Counted from the first letter of the stretch, positions 19,038 to 30,162 are shown. The stretch: DNA of 64,000 nt from a bacterium (GCA_965219955.1 OZ244799.1:1408001-1472000), one strand, 5' to 3'. A program made the numbers and translations. The notes: generated by a model from the letters alone, not told the origin.

Positions 19038-20291
19038 ATGACGGTGCTTTTGATTGTGGCGGGACTCACGGTTCTGCTTTCGTGTATGTGTTCGCTCTTC
19101 GAGGCCACGCTGTACTCCACCCGCCTCGGGACGCTCGAGGCCGAGAAGGCCACGGGCAGATACGCGCGCCGCGCCGACCGGCTCATCGCCATGAAGACGA
19201 ACATCGTCCGGCCGACCTCCGCGATCCTGGTGCTCAATACGTTCGCGAACACGGCCGGCGCCACGATCTGCGGGATGTACGCCGCCCAGCTGATGGGCGC
19301 AGGCTGGGTGCCGGTGTTTTCCGTCGGCCTGACCGTCGTCATCCTGTTCGCGGGAGAGATACTGCCCAAGACCTACGGGGCCACCCACTGGCGCACCACA
19401 TGGCCGTGGATCGTCTTGCCGCTCGCGCTGATGCAGACCGTCCTTTCGCCGATCATCCGGATCACCCAGGGGTTCGCGCGCCGCTTCGCCGGCGACTCGA
19501 ACGTAACGCCGGTCACAGAGGACGAGATTCAGGCCGACATGCGGCTGGGGAAGGAGGCCGGCGAACTCACCACCTCGGAGCTCCAGCTTCTCAGCGCGGT
19601 GTTTCGTTTCGACGATATGCTGACGCGCCAGGTGATGCTCCCGCGCCGGGACGTCGCGTTCCTGGATTCGCAGTGGCCGATCGAGAAGTGCCTGGCCGTC
19701 ATCAAGGAAACGCGCCACACCCGGTTCCCGTTGTGCGCGGGCTCGCTGGACGAGGCGATCGGGCTGATCCACGTCAAGGACCTGCTGGGCATCGTCGACG
19801 GCACGACGGACACGCTCAAATCCCTGGCGCGGCCTCTTCACCATGTTCCCGAAACCCTGCCGCTCAACCGCCTGCTCCGAGAGATGCAGCACACCCGGCA
19901 GCACATGGCGTTGGTCGACGACGAGTTCGGGACGGTCGTCGGCGTCATCACCCTGGAAAACATCATCGAGCAGATCGTCGGCTCCGTGCAGGACGAGTTC
20001 GACAACGAGTCGCCGGACATCGTGCCGGAAGGAGCCAACGTATTCATCGTGCGCGGCCTGTTGCCCATTGAGAGGGTGAACCGGGAGCTGGGTCTCGACT
20101 TGTATGCGCCCGACGTGGATACGCTGTCGGGTCTGCTGGTCAGCCGCATGAACCGGCTGCTCAGGACCGGCGACCGGATCCGGCTTCGAGGCGCTCTCGC
20201 CGAGGTCGTCGAGGAGGAAGACGGACGGGCGACCAAAGTTCGCATCCGTATTTTCGACGGCGAAGAAGACGAGGAGACGGCGGCGGAGTAG
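19038..20291 (+). CDS. Hemolysin/CNNM-CBS-CorC family transporter
   Basis: DUF21 motifs (S..EA.L, GE..PK), tandem CBS (M.PR, HTRFP, VDEFG...G.IT.E...E.IVG...DEFD) and a CorC tail. ATG 19038 after GGAGG. Confidence 0.9.
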   Translation: MTVLLIVAGLTVLLSCMCSLFEATLYSTRLGTLEAEKATGRYARRADRLIAMKTNIVRPTSAILVLNTFANTAGATICGMYAAQLMGAGWVPVFSVGLTVVILFAGEILPKTYGATHWRTTWPWIVLPLALMQTVLSPIIRITQGFARRFAGDSNVTPVTEDEIQADMRLGKEAGELTTSELQLLSAVFRFDDMLTRQVMLPRRDVAFLDSQWPIEKCLAVIKETRHTRFPLCAGSLDEAIGLIHVKDLLGIVDGTTDTLKSLARPLHHVPETLPLNRLLREMQHTRQHMALVDDEFGTVVGVITLENIIEQIVGSVQDEFDNESPDIVPEGANVFIVRGLLPIERVNRELGLDLYAPDVDTLSGLLVSRMNRLLRTGDRIRLRGALAEVVEEEDGRATKVRIRIFDGEEDEETAAE

Positions 20292-20452
20292 AACGAACCC
20301 CACCCTGCCCTTCAGAGGACGCCATAGCAAGAGACGACATGGCAGGTGGTTCGACTACGAAAGCCTCCCTTCCCGGACGGCGCTCCCCTCCTGGCCCTTC
20401 AGGTATGACTCTATTCAGAGCATGTTCTCCGTGTGGATTTCGCAAGAAAGAA

Positions 20453-20775
20453 GGGCGCAATTCCCCGCATTTTCGGCGGGTGGATGCTGAGGCAACCGGG
20501 TATCCTGACGGGTTGATTCAAAACCTGAAAGACTTCTGGAATTTCCGTAAAATTAGATAAATTCAGATAAATTCAGATAAATTCACGGGGTTTTTCGATA
20601 AATTTCTTAGAATTTTCGAGGGGAAATGCGGGATTTTGCGGGGAATTACGGGGCCTGAAAGTGCGCCAATGCGGGGAACCGCGCGGGCTGAATTCTCCCT
20701 TACGCAGAAACTTCGTGAGGATACCACGGCCCGGAAGGCGTGCGCGCGGCGGCAAATGCGGGGAAATGCGCGCTT
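20453..20775. repeat. Non-coding element with phased GATAA repeats, bounded by inverted GCGCA(A/T)TTCCCCGCATTT motifs
   Basis: GATAA at 20556, 20566, 20576 and 20597. 20538-20602 matches the reverse complement of 38920-38974. Confidence 0.65.
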
Positions 20776-20847
20776 GCTCGGGACGGCGCCCGATACGCCG
20801 GAGCCCGTTCGTGCGCCCGATTCGTTTTGCCCGGTAACCTGTTGAAG

Positions 20848-21891
20848 TTACTTGCGTTTTTTCTCCGACTCCAGGAGCTTTCTCTTGCGCTCCACGCCCC
20901 AGCGATAGCCTGCGAGGGAGCCGTCCGCCCGGACCGCCCGGTGGCAGGGCACCAGCAGCGCCACCGGATTCCGGGCGCAAGCGCTTCCCACCGCCCGCGC
21001 GCCTTTCGGGAGGCCAAGATCTACAGCAATATCTTTATAACTCATTGTTTTTCCGTGAGGAATGTCCTTGAGCCGCTCCCAGACGCGGCACTGGAAAGCG
21101 CTGGCGCGCACGTCGAGCGGCAAGGATTCAGACGGGGTATCTCCTTCGGCGAGACGCGCGACGATATTCAAGTATGCCTTTAACTGATCATCGCTACGTC
21201 TACGATTCGAATGGGGATATTCGTTCTTCAGATCGGTGATGAGTTCGCCGGCCGTATCCGCGATGCTCACGCGGCACACGCCCTTCTCCGTAGCCGCCAC
21301 CAGCAGCCTGCCCAGCCTGCAAGAGGTGATTCCGTAGCGTATCGAGACACCCTCCCCGCCCTTCTTGTAGGTCGCCGGCGTCATGCCCAGGTAGCGCGAT
21401 GCGCCCTCGTACACCCCCCTGCTCGAACCGTAGCCGGCCTCGTAGCCGGCGCCCGCCAGGTCGCGCCCGTTTTTGAGTAAATCCTTGTATTTCTGGGCCT
21501 TAAGGGATTCGAGATACCGGCGGGGGCTCACGCCCAAAGCCCTCTTGAAGCTTCGCTGCAGGTGGTGGGGACTTGCGCCCACACTCCGTCCCAGCACTGC
21601 AAGAGTCGGGCTTTCATCGGCATGTTCTTCGAGATAGCGAACGGCTTTTCTCACCTTCTCCAGACGTGGATCGTAGCCCGCATCCTGCGGCGCGCACCGC
21701 AGGCAGGGCCTGAAGCCGCGCGCTTCGGCCATTTCCGGGAATTCGAATATCAACACGTTGTTTTTCCTGGGCTTCCGGCTTGCGCAAGAAGGGCGGCAGT
21801 AGATTCCGGTGGAGCGAACGGCGTATACGAAACGTCCATCCGCCTTTACGTCCCGCTTGAGAACCGCTTCCCACTGAGCGTTCATGTTCAC
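20848..21891 (-). CDS. ada: Bifunctional regulator / O6-methylguanine-DNA methyltransferase Ada
   Basis: CRPSC...CLRC zinc site, AraC HTH and the PCHR active site. Confidence 0.95.
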   Translation of the reverse strand: MNMNAQWEAVLKRDVKADGRFVYAVRSTGIYCRPSCASRKPRKNNVLIFEFPEMAEARGFRPCLRCAPQDAGYDPRLEKVRKAVRYLEEHADESPTLAVLGRSVGASPHHLQRSFKRALGVSPRRYLESLKAQKYKDLLKNGRDLAGAGYEAGYGSSRGVYEGASRYLGMTPATYKKGGEGVSIRYGITSCRLGRLLVAATEKGVCRVSIADTAGELITDLKNEYPHSNRRRSDDQLKAYLNIVARLAEGDTPSESLPLDVRASAFQCRVWERLKDIPHGKTMSYKDIAVDLGLPKGARAVGSACARNPVALLVPCHRAVRADGSLAGYRWGVERKRKLLESEKKRK

Positions 21892-22056
21892 TTTCCAACC
21901 TCCTCAAAAGACGTGAGCGATTGCATATTCATTCATAATGTAACCGCAACGCCGGGAGCCTTCTATCCGATTCTTGCTGTCAAATCAGATTTCCGGTTCC
22001 GAGGGATGGAAGTTTAACTGAATAAAATTCAAATAGATACAAGGGCAATCTTAATC

Positions 22057-23733
22057 TTATATACCCGCCCGGAAAACGATTTTCCCTCCGACCATCGTGA
22101 GCAAGGGCTTGATGTCCTTGATTTGATCTTCGGGAATCGTCATGTAATCGCGGTCGAGCACGACGAGGTCGGCCAGCTTGCCCTTTTCGATGGAGCCCAG
22201 CTCATTTTCCTTGAAAAGCAGGTATGCGTTCGAGCGCGTGTGTGCGATTAACGCTTGTTTTCTCGAAACGGTCTCGGCCTGCGAAAGCGCCCTCTCCCCG
22301 CCTAAATCCATGCCCGTCACGGCCCACCAAAGCGATAGCATGGGCGGATACGGAGCCACGGCCCCGGCGTCCGTGCCGAGTCCCCAGATGACTCCGCTGT
22401 TTTGTATTGTCCGCAAAGGCGGCAGTGAGAGGGCTCGCTCTCCATATCGTCGCCTCAGGGCGGAACCAAGAATCGTCATCTTGCTGTGGAGGGCAAAAGT
22501 CATCCCGAGCGCCTTGGCGCGCTCGATATTTCTCTTCGTGATGAAATCCGCATGGTGGATCGACCAGCGAAGTTTCGTGATGTCTTTTCTCTGATTTATC
22601 TTCTCGAAAATATCCAGGTACCGCGTGATCGTCGTGTCGCGAAAGGCGTGTTCATGAATCGTCCATCCCCCGTCTGCGGCCGCCCGGGAAACCTTTGCAA
22701 ATTCTGCGTAATCCTCATCCGGGAACCTGGAGGGCCTGAACGCCGAATCGTGGATGGGCGCATACATATGCTCCCCGAGCGCGATATTCCCCATCATTTT
22801 GGCGGATTTATCTGGACGGGATTTTCGAATGCGCTCAATCACTCTTTTGTTCGCCTCAGGAGAACGAACCCGGAAGCGAGGCGTGTGAAATATCCTCAGC
22901 GTGAGACCATCGTTATCAGCCAGTCTTCTCCTGATCAACTCGTATGTCGCATCCCGGACCCCGCCACCACCCAGCTCGAGCAGACTCGTTACGCCGGCGC
23001 GGTTGAAGTCCGCCATCAGCTTCTTGAGGCCTGATATGGTTTTGTCGTCCGTAATTCCCGGCAGTTCACGCCGCCAGAACCTAAAAATGGCCCGACGTCC
23101 ATGAATGACGCCCGTGGGAGCGCCGGACTCGTTTCTGGCTATCCGCCAACCCCTCGGCGCTTCGAAATTCTCATCGATGCCCGCCTTCTCGAGAGCCAGG
23201 CTGTTCAGAATCATGAACCGGTATGATTGCTGGATGAATACCGGATTGTCCGGGGCGGCCCTGTCCAGTTCCGCCTTCGTGAACAATCCCGGCTTGTCGC
23301 GAAACTGGCCTGGGCTCCACCCGCCGATGATGAGGAGCCACTCCCCGCGTTTCAGCGATTTCGCCTTGGCGGAAATGATGGACAGGGCTTTGCTGCGGGA
23401 GGTAACCCCGTCAATTCTTGCCTCATGCTCCCAGCGCAGCGCATGGCGGATGAAATGCACGTGGTTGTCAATCAAGCCTGGAATAATCGTTTTGCCTTGC
23501 AGATCAATCACTTTCGTTTTCGAATCTATAAATTGCTTTATCCGGGAATTATCCCCTACAGACAAAATGCGTTCGCCCTGAACAGCCACGGCCTGTTGGG
23601 CGGAAAAACTCGCATCGACGGTTAAAGCTTTCCCGTTCACCAGGGCGACATCTGCAGATTGGGCAAATACAGGAAGCGGGAGAACCCCCAAAGCCACGAA
23701 AATGATTGCGAATACTCTAATTTTCAGAATCAT
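22057..23733 (-). CDS. Amidohydrolase_3 (YtcJ-like) metallohydrolase with signal peptide
   Basis: PGLID.HVH, GTDA and GSIE.GKLAD.VVLD motifs, with an N-terminal hydrophobic leader ending VFA-Q. Confidence 0.85.
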   Translation of the reverse strand: MILKIRVFAIIFVALGVLPLPVFAQSADVALVNGKALTVDASFSAQQAVAVQGERILSVGDNSRIKQFIDSKTKVIDLQGKTIIPGLIDNHVHFIRHALRWEHEARIDGVTSRSKALSIISAKAKSLKRGEWLLIIGGWSPGQFRDKPGLFTKAELDRAAPDNPVFIQQSYRFMILNSLALEKAGIDENFEAPRGWRIARNESGAPTGVIHGRRAIFRFWRRELPGITDDKTISGLKKLMADFNRAGVTSLLELGGGGVRDATYELIRRRLADNDGLTLRIFHTPRFRVRSPEANKRVIERIRKSRPDKSAKMMGNIALGEHMYAPIHDSAFRPSRFPDEDYAEFAKVSRAAADGGWTIHEHAFRDTTITRYLDIFEKINQRKDITKLRWSIHHADFITKRNIERAKALGMTFALHSKMTILGSALRRRYGERALSLPPLRTIQNSGVIWGLGTDAGAVAPYPPMLSLWWAVTGMDLGGERALSQAETVSRKQALIAHTRSNAYLLFKENELGSIEKGKLADLVVLDRDYMTIPEDQIKDIKPLLTMVGGKIVFRAGI

Positions 23734-23901
23734 ACGTTCCCCTCGGATTCCAATAACCATTCTTTATAAATCATCAAAAAATCAAGGATGAAATACTCCT
23801 GTGATGGTGATAACATATTCACCCGAATCACCATTTACGGCAAATGCGAGCAAATGCGTAGTCGGAGAGATGGTAATTCTCACTGCCGAGGAGAATCAAG
23901 A

Positions 23902-24903
23902 ATGAATACTTCCAATAATTCAAGCCAGCAGACTCTCAGGCCCAAAACGACCGTGGCGCCGGTTACCGTCATTCGCTTCGGCGAAATGATGCCCGATTGG
24001 GGCGAATATCATGAATCACACGCCGAAGGGAACCACCGAGCGATTTACCGGTACATCGGTGGTATTTCCGGTCAAAATCTTCGTTCCCCCCTCCCCGGTT
24101 GGGAGTTTACCTGCGGCATCGCCATGGCTCCTCCTCAAAACGGCGCACCGCTGCATGATCACCCGGATGAAGAGATTTTCATGGTCTGGGAAGGTGAATT
24201 CGAGATATTTTGGGAAGATTTCGAGACCAAAGCCCTGAAAAACGTCATCCTGGGCAAGTATGACCTGATCCGCGTGCCCTCGGGCATCATGCGCGGGTTC
24301 AGAAACGTAGGGAAGGAAGACGGGTTCATTCATTTCATCCATGGGCAAGGCGACTACCAATATCCCGTCTACCCCGATTCCCTGCAAGAAGGGTTGCCCG
24401 ATGGCGCCAGAACCGAAGCTTACGTCAAACAACCCGCCTATGACCCGGCCACCCAATTAGTCCGTCATGAAGAATGTCCTCGCAACTGGAATGTTTACCA
24501 CGAAGCCAAACTCCCCGAGGGAGTTCGTTCGCTCAGACGCTATATCGGCGGCGTTTCCGGGGACAGGGAGGACGGACCACCGCCTTCTCTCTCCGAGGGA
24601 GAGATCGGATACGCGATGGTCGAATGCGGCAATGGCCGGGGCGCCCCGCTTCATGACCACCCCTGTGAGGAGCTTTTTATCGCCCTGGAAGGCAGATGGG
24701 TCGTCTATTGGGCAGATGAGCGCGGAGAGAACCATCAGGCCGTTCTCGATCCATGGGATGCCTGCTGGGTGCCCACAGGTGTGCAGCGCGGATTCCGAAA
24801 TGCCGACCGGACCGAAGGAAAAATTCACATTATCCAGGGACAAGGAGCAACCCCGGCTCCCAACTACACGAAGGATTATACCGCCCTGAAAGAAAATGCG
24901 TAG
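23902..24903 (+). CDS. Bicupin (two cupin domains)
   Basis: GAPLHDHP.EE.F...EG occurs twice, each followed by VP.G..RGFRN. ATG 23902 after GAGGAG. Confidence 0.8.
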   Translation: MNTSNNSSQQTLRPKTTVAPVTVIRFGEMMPDWGEYHESHAEGNHRAIYRYIGGISGQNLRSPLPGWEFTCGIAMAPPQNGAPLHDHPDEEIFMVWEGEFEIFWEDFETKALKNVILGKYDLIRVPSGIMRGFRNVGKEDGFIHFIHGQGDYQYPVYPDSLQEGLPDGARTEAYVKQPAYDPATQLVRHEECPRNWNVYHEAKLPEGVRSLRRYIGGVSGDREDGPPPSLSEGEIGYAMVECGNGRGAPLHDHPCEELFIALEGRWVVYWADERGENHQAVLDPWDACWVPTGVQRGFRNADRTEGKIHIIQGQGATPAPNYTKDYTALKENA

Positions 24904-25030
24904 CTCAAACCGCAGGCTCACGATTGCGATCAAACGTGTATTTCGCGAGGATGAGAAACCGGAACCAAATCAAACAGTCAGGGACTAATTGCCCTGACGG
25001 GGGATGCGCCCCGCTTGTATCGCTCCGCTT

Positions 25031-26119
25031 CTAATGCCCCTCCCCCAGTGGCAATTGCACGGCCTCTCCCGTTTGGGAAGACAATTCCATCGCGATCGTC
25101 ACCTCCAGGGTTTGGCGCGCATCCTCAGCCGTGGCGTGCGTTGTAGCTCTCCCATTGATCACATGATCAAGCCAGCTTCTCGTTTCGTCACCCAGCGGGC
25201 CCCAATAATCACCCGCCGCCCAGTCGCCAGGGGTCGTGCTGCTCAAAAATGCCGTGTTGATGTGATGATCCGGTATGTATGTGTGCGGAATTCCCTTGTC
25301 GGTGTACAGCATCTCATCCTTGTGGTCTTCATCCAGCATTAAAACGCCATCCGTACCGTAAATCTCCATCCTCACACTCTGGCCCAGCGCCGGGTATTTC
25401 GCAGGCAGGGCATAAAAAACGCCCAAATTCATCACAGCCCCATTGTCAAACGTGACGATGGACCAGGTGACATCGTTCGCCGAATACCCGTGTTCTTTAT
25501 AGATTTTCCCGTTTCCCCGGGCGACAACTTCCACCGGTCGATGACCTTCCATGAACCAGCAGGCCATATCCACCCAATACGTGAGCACGTCGAGCACAGG
25601 CGTTGCGTGGGGGGAGCGCTTCAGGATCTGGAGCCCCTGGGCGCGGGTGTTACAGGTTCGACCCGTGCCTGCGAGAATCTCCCCGAGTCTCCCTTGAATA
25701 ATTTGCTCTTTCGCCATCTGGTAGCGACGTTTGAATCGTTGGGCATAACCTACCCTGAGTTCAGTACCTGTCCTCTCGGCAACCGAGAGTATCCGGTCCG
25801 CATCCTCCAATGTCAGGGAGATCGGTTTTTCCACCAATACCGGCTTGCCTAATTCCAGGGCATGGATGATGGAATCGGCGTGATCGTGCTCGGGCGTGGA
25901 TACGATGACCGTCGTAACTTCGGGGTGTTCAATCACTTCGTCATTTCTGCCGGTAGCGAGTTGGGCGCCTACCTGCTCCCCCAATTCTTTCGCGCGGCCC
26001 TGATCGATATCGGATACCGCCAAAAATTCAAGAGACGGATGATGTGAAACCAAATTCGCTCGCAGGGTTCCGATTCTGCCGGAACCAACAACACCTACTC
26101 CCAATGACTTTTTGCTCAT
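25031..26119 (-). CDS. Gfo/Idh/MocA family oxidoreductase
   Basis: GVVGSG.IG, V.V.TP...H and EKP motifs. Confidence 0.9.
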   Translation of the reverse strand: MSKKSLGVGVVGSGRIGTLRANLVSHHPSLEFLAVSDIDQGRAKELGEQVGAQLATGRNDEVIEHPEVTTVIVSTPEHDHADSIIHALELGKPVLVEKPISLTLEDADRILSVAERTGTELRVGYAQRFKRRYQMAKEQIIQGRLGEILAGTGRTCNTRAQGLQILKRSPHATPVLDVLTYWVDMACWFMEGHRPVEVVARGNGKIYKEHGYSANDVTWSIVTFDNGAVMNLGVFYALPAKYPALGQSVRMEIYGTDGVLMLDEDHKDEMLYTDKGIPHTYIPDHHINTAFLSSTTPGDWAAGDYWGPLGDETRSWLDHVINGRATTHATAEDARQTLEVTIAMELSSQTGEAVQLPLGEGH

Positions 26120-26208
26120 TTTGACCCTCTGGATATTCTTAAAGAGTAATCTCGTAACACAAGCCTACGAAGAAACACGCCGCTTCTCTTCAGCTACACG
26201 AACAAATC

Positions 26209-26236
26209 AAAAAAAACCGGCCTCAAAGGAGACCGG
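26209..26236 (-). terminator. Rho-independent terminator after pnp
   Basis: The minus strand reads CCGGTCTC-CTTT-GAGGCCGG followed by a T run. Confidence 0.8.
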
Positions 26237-26260
26237 CGCAAACATCATCATTTGGTTTCA

Positions 26261-28396
26261 TCAGGTCACGGGCGCATAAAATTGCTTCCATTCTTCGGGC
26301 AACTCTTCTTCTGTCACATCTTTCATCGAGAGGCGAATTCTCCCATTTCCTTCCACTTCGATGCATTTCACCAAAACCTTCTGACCTTCTTTCAAGACAT
26401 CGCTCACTGAACCGATTCTCTTCTTGGCAATCATGCTGATATGGCAAAGGCCATCCGTTCCCGGGAATATTTCGACGAATGCTCCAAAGTCCATGATCTT
26501 TCTGACTGTACCATAGTAAACCGTGCCCTTTTCGGCTTCCTGAGTCAGTTCACGAATGATCTCTATGGCCCTAAGGGCTGCCGCCTCATCGGTGGAAGAG
26601 ATGAAGATTGTTCCATCATCTTCAATATCTACATCCGCCCCCGTCTCCTCGACGATTCCGCGAATCACTTTCCCGCCAGGCCCAATCACATCCCTCACAC
26701 GATCTTTCGAGACCTGTATCGTCATAATCCTCGGCGCGTAGGGAGAAATCTCTTCGCTAGGCTGGGAAATCACTTTATCCATCTGCTCGAGCACGTGCAT
26801 TCTCGCATCGTTGGCCTGCGCCAAAGCATCTCTCACGAGGCGCAATTGCAATCCTTTGATCTTGATATCCATTTGAAGAGCGGTAATGCCATGACGCGTA
26901 CCACCGACCTTGAAGTCCATATCCCCCAGATGATCTTCCAGCCCAAGGATATCCGTCAGTATTGCTGTTTTTCCTGTGGATTCTTCACTGATCAACCCCA
27001 TGGCAATGCCGGCCACTGGAGATGTTATCGGTACGCCCGCACTCATCAAGGCCAGGCTGGCGCCGCAGATGCTCGCCATGGATGAGCTGCCATTGCTCTC
27101 CGTGATGTCTGAAACAACCCGGATTGTATAGGGAAAATCTTCCTGCTCCGGCAATATCGCCTGCACTGCCCGAGATGCCAGCGCGCCGTGGCCGATTTCG
27201 CGGCGACCCGGGCCGCGGTTTGGTTTCGCTTCCCCAACGCTAAACCCGGGGAAATTATAGTGCAGCAGAAAAGTCCTGTCGGCTTTCCCGTCCAGCGTGT
27301 CTATCAATTGGGCCTCGGAGGCAGTGCCAAGCGTCACCGTCACCAACGCCTGCGTCTCACCTCGTGTGAACAATGCGCTGCCATGGGGTCTGGCAAGGGG
27401 CGACATTCTAATGGTAATCGGCCGAACATCACGAAGCCCCCGGCCATCCGAACGTTTCCCCTCATCTAAAATCAAGCCCCGGAAAACTTCTTTCTCGATT
27501 TTGCCAAAATAATCTGAGACAACTCCCTTATCCGCAGACCCTTCCTCGTCTGCGCAAAGAGTATCGACCGCGGCAGCTTTCGCCTCATCGATAGCGCTAT
27601 ATTGTCCCGCTTTGTCGTGAATCTCTGCAGCCGCTTGTAGTTTGGGAACCACAATTTCACGTACCTTCCCCATTAGTTCCGCATCTTCTTCCTCAGACTC
27701 GACTACACGTTTGGTTTTTCCGCATTCCGCCCTAAGTTCATCCTGCATAGCGCACAACTCTTGAATCACAGAATGGCCTTGCTCGAACGCTTCCATGTAG
27801 ACGTCTTCGGAAACTTCAAAGCTGCCGGCTTCCACCATGACTATCGCGTCCGAAGTTCCAGCCATCACACAATTCAGATCGCTGTCAATTTGCTGTTCGA
27901 CCGTCGGATTGACAATAATTTCGCCGTCAATTCGCCCGACGCGAACAGCACCGATAGGACCGGAGAATGGGATATCCGAAATGTGGAGAGCGGCGGAAGT
28001 TCCATTGATTGCCAAAATGTCGGAATCGTTCAACTTATCGTAAGACATGACCATGACCTGAATCATCGTCTCACAACGAAATTCCTTCGGGAAAAGAGGA
28101 CGGATAGGCCTATCGATTAAACGACAAGTTAATGTTTCCCTCTCGCCAGGTTTTGCCTCGCGCCGGAAAAAATTGCCGGGAATAATTCCTGCGGCGTAGA
28201 AAAACTCTCGGTAATCAACTGTAAGGGGGAAAAAATCTATTCCCTCACGTGTAGAGTGCGAAGCGCAAGCCGTACACAGCACACTGGTCTCACCATAATG
28301 CATCATTACGGCGCCACCGGCTTGCTTGGCGATCTCACCTGTTTCAAAGGCAAGAGTATAACCATTGATGGATATGTCTTTTCGATACGGTGGCAT
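26261..28396 (-). CDS. pnp: Polyribonucleotide nucleotidyltransferase
   Basis: FFPLTVDY, HGSALFTRGETQ, ESNGSSSMA, GDMDFKV, plus KH and S1 domains. Confidence 0.98.
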   Translation of the reverse strand: MPPYRKDISINGYTLAFETGEIAKQAGGAVMMHYGETSVLCTACASHSTREGIDFFPLTVDYREFFYAAGIIPGNFFRREAKPGERETLTCRLIDRPIRPLFPKEFRCETMIQVMVMSYDKLNDSDILAINGTSAALHISDIPFSGPIGAVRVGRIDGEIIVNPTVEQQIDSDLNCVMAGTSDAIVMVEAGSFEVSEDVYMEAFEQGHSVIQELCAMQDELRAECGKTKRVVESEEEDAELMGKVREIVVPKLQAAAEIHDKAGQYSAIDEAKAAAVDTLCADEEGSADKGVVSDYFGKIEKEVFRGLILDEGKRSDGRGLRDVRPITIRMSPLARPHGSALFTRGETQALVTVTLGTASEAQLIDTLDGKADRTFLLHYNFPGFSVGEAKPNRGPGRREIGHGALASRAVQAILPEQEDFPYTIRVVSDITESNGSSSMASICGASLALMSAGVPITSPVAGIAMGLISEESTGKTAILTDILGLEDHLGDMDFKVGGTRHGITALQMDIKIKGLQLRLVRDALAQANDARMHVLEQMDKVISQPSEEISPYAPRIMTIQVSKDRVRDVIGPGGKVIRGIVEETGADVDIEDDGTIFISSTDEAAALRAIEIIRELTQEAEKGTVYYGTVRKIMDFGAFVEIFPGTDGLCHISMIAKKRIGSVSDVLKEGQKVLVKCIEVEGNGRIRLSMKDVTEEELPEEWKQFYAPVT

Positions 28397-28428
28397 TAGA
28401 TGACTTCCCTCTGGGGCAAGACCCGCAT

Positions 28429-28698
28429 CTAGCGACGCAGGCCCAGATCCTGAATTATCGTGCGGTAGCGGTTGATGTCTTTTTCTTTCAGATAATCAAG
28501 CAGGCGACGGCGCTGACCCACGAGTTTCAGTAGACCTCTGCGGGAATGATGATCTTTCTTGTGGGTCTTGAAATGGTCTGTGAGGTAGGTGATACGTTCG
28601 GTCAGGATAGCTACCTGCACTTCCGGTGAGCCAGTATCTGTGTCATGTGTACGAAATTTCTCGATAACTTCCGACTTTCGCTCCTTCGCTAGGGGCAT
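28429..28698 (-). CDS. rpsO: 30S ribosomal protein S15
   Basis: [18 protein letters not shown]...[12 protein letters not shown]. Confidence 0.98.
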   Translation of the reverse strand: MPLAKERKSEVIEKFRTHDTDTGSPEVQVAILTERITYLTDHFKTHKKDHHSRRGLLKLVGQRRRLLDYLKEKDINRYRTIIQDLGLRR

Positions 28699-28837
28699 TT
28701 CTGTCACTTCCTCCACAGCTTATATGTTGCTCTCTATCTTTTAAGCTTCATTAGCGCGAATGCAACGTCGTCAAAAACGCGCGGATTTTATACGACTTTG
28801 CCATCAATGTAAATACAAAGCGTATTCTCTCGTGATT

Positions 28838-29782
28838 CTATGTGACAAATACTTTTTCAGGCGCCACAAACCCTTGGTTTCGTTTTCGTTTCCTTTCATG
28901 GACCGTCTTCCCGACCGCCAATAACTCTCCCGGTTCATTTAGCATACGGACGCGAGTATCTGCCGGCAGATCAACAACTTGCTGAACATCTTCAAACCTG
29001 ACTATCGCACCATTCAATACCCGCACCTCCGCACTGGGGTGCACGTAGATGGCAGGCAAATGTGCAAGCGCCTGCGCCGGACTCATCAGAATGTCCTGAA
29101 GGCGTTTTCCTTGCAAGTGACGATGAACATCCTCGATAGAAACGGAATCTGATAGCTCAAACGGACCCAAAGCCGTCCGCGTAAGGGCCTGCAAACATCC
29201 ACCGGACCCTTGCTTGGCACCAATATCATGACAAATTGAACGAATATATGTTCCCCGAGAGCATGTGACATCAAAGGTAAGTTGTGGACCATCCATACCA
29301 ATCGCCTTGATCCTAAATACTTCAATTTGGCGCTTTTCTCTTTCAACTTCCTTGCCAGAACGCGCTAATTCATGCAGGCGCTTTCCATTGGCCTTCAATG
29401 CAGAATACATCGGAGGTACCTGCATTGTTTTTCCCAATATCTCACTTAAAAGCTCTTGCGCTCGAGAAAGTGAAATATCACCCGGCTCAGTTTCAGCCAG
29501 CAATTTTCCCGTAATGTCCTGTGTATCTGTCACTCGCCCAAACAACATGACAGCCCGATACGTTTTCTTGCACTCTAAAAAATATGAGAACAATTTTGTC
29601 GAATTACCGATACAAATCGGCAAAACTCCTTCGGCCATCGGGTCAAGCGTACCCGCATGCCCGACTTTTGTTTTTCCGGGAAGCAGCTTTCTCACTTCAT
29701 CAACCATATCATGTGAGGTAGGACCGTGTTTTTTCTTCAGATTCAAAACACCCGAGAGTTCCAACATCTTGTCCTTTTTCAA
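28838..29782 (-). CDS. truB: tRNA pseudouridine(55) synthase
   Basis: KVGHAGTLDP.A.GVL, Q.PP.YSA.K and CS.GTYIRS. Confidence 0.96.
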   Translation of the reverse strand: MKKDKMLELSGVLNLKKKHGPTSHDMVDEVRKLLPGKTKVGHAGTLDPMAEGVLPICIGNSTKLFSYFLECKKTYRAVMLFGRVTDTQDITGKLLAETEPGDISLSRAQELLSEILGKTMQVPPMYSALKANGKRLHELARSGKEVEREKRQIEVFRIKAIGMDGPQLTFDVTCSRGTYIRSICHDIGAKQGSGGCLQALTRTALGPFELSDSVSIEDVHRHLQGKRLQDILMSPAQALAHLPAIYVHPSAEVRVLNGAIVRFEDVQQVVDLPADTRVRMLNEPGELLAVGKTVHERKRKRNQGFVAPEKVFVT

Positions 29783-30138
29783 AATGATCTCTTTGCACCG
29801 GATAACAAACGTTCAATTTCGTCGCTGAATGCCAAACTCCGGTCGGCAAAGAATTTCAGCCTGGGTGTACATTTCAATTCCAAGCGTTCGGCAAGTTTTC
29901 TCTGCAAGAATCCACCGGCTCGTTCAAGTCCCTCGAGACCCTCTTCCATCTCCTTGACATTCCCTTGATTTTCACCGTAACGGCTAAAGTAGACCTTCGC
30001 AACTCTCAAATCCGGGGATATTTCGACTCGAGTGATCACAACATGCCGCACACGCGGGTCCTTCACATCCCTCATCACCAAGTTAGCAAGTTCGGATTGT
30101 ATGAGTTCAGAAACGCGCAGTATGCGAGCATTACCCAT
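29779..30138 (-). CDS. rbfA: Ribosome-binding factor A
   Basis: KDPR....IT.V..S.DL..AKVY and P.L.F..D; position in the infB operon. Confidence 0.95.
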   Translation of the reverse strand: MGNARILRVSELIQSELANLVMRDVKDPRVRHVVITRVEISPDLRVAKVYFSRYGENQGNVKEMEEGLEGLERAGGFLQRKLAERLELKCTPRLKFFADRSLAFSDEIERLLSGAKRSF

Positions 30139-30162
30139 TTGTTGAATTGCTCTCCATGAATT

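Noticed and set aside
28700-28835. S15 autoregulatory leader RNA
   Set aside because: Plausible by position, but I could not identify a supporting structure by eye.
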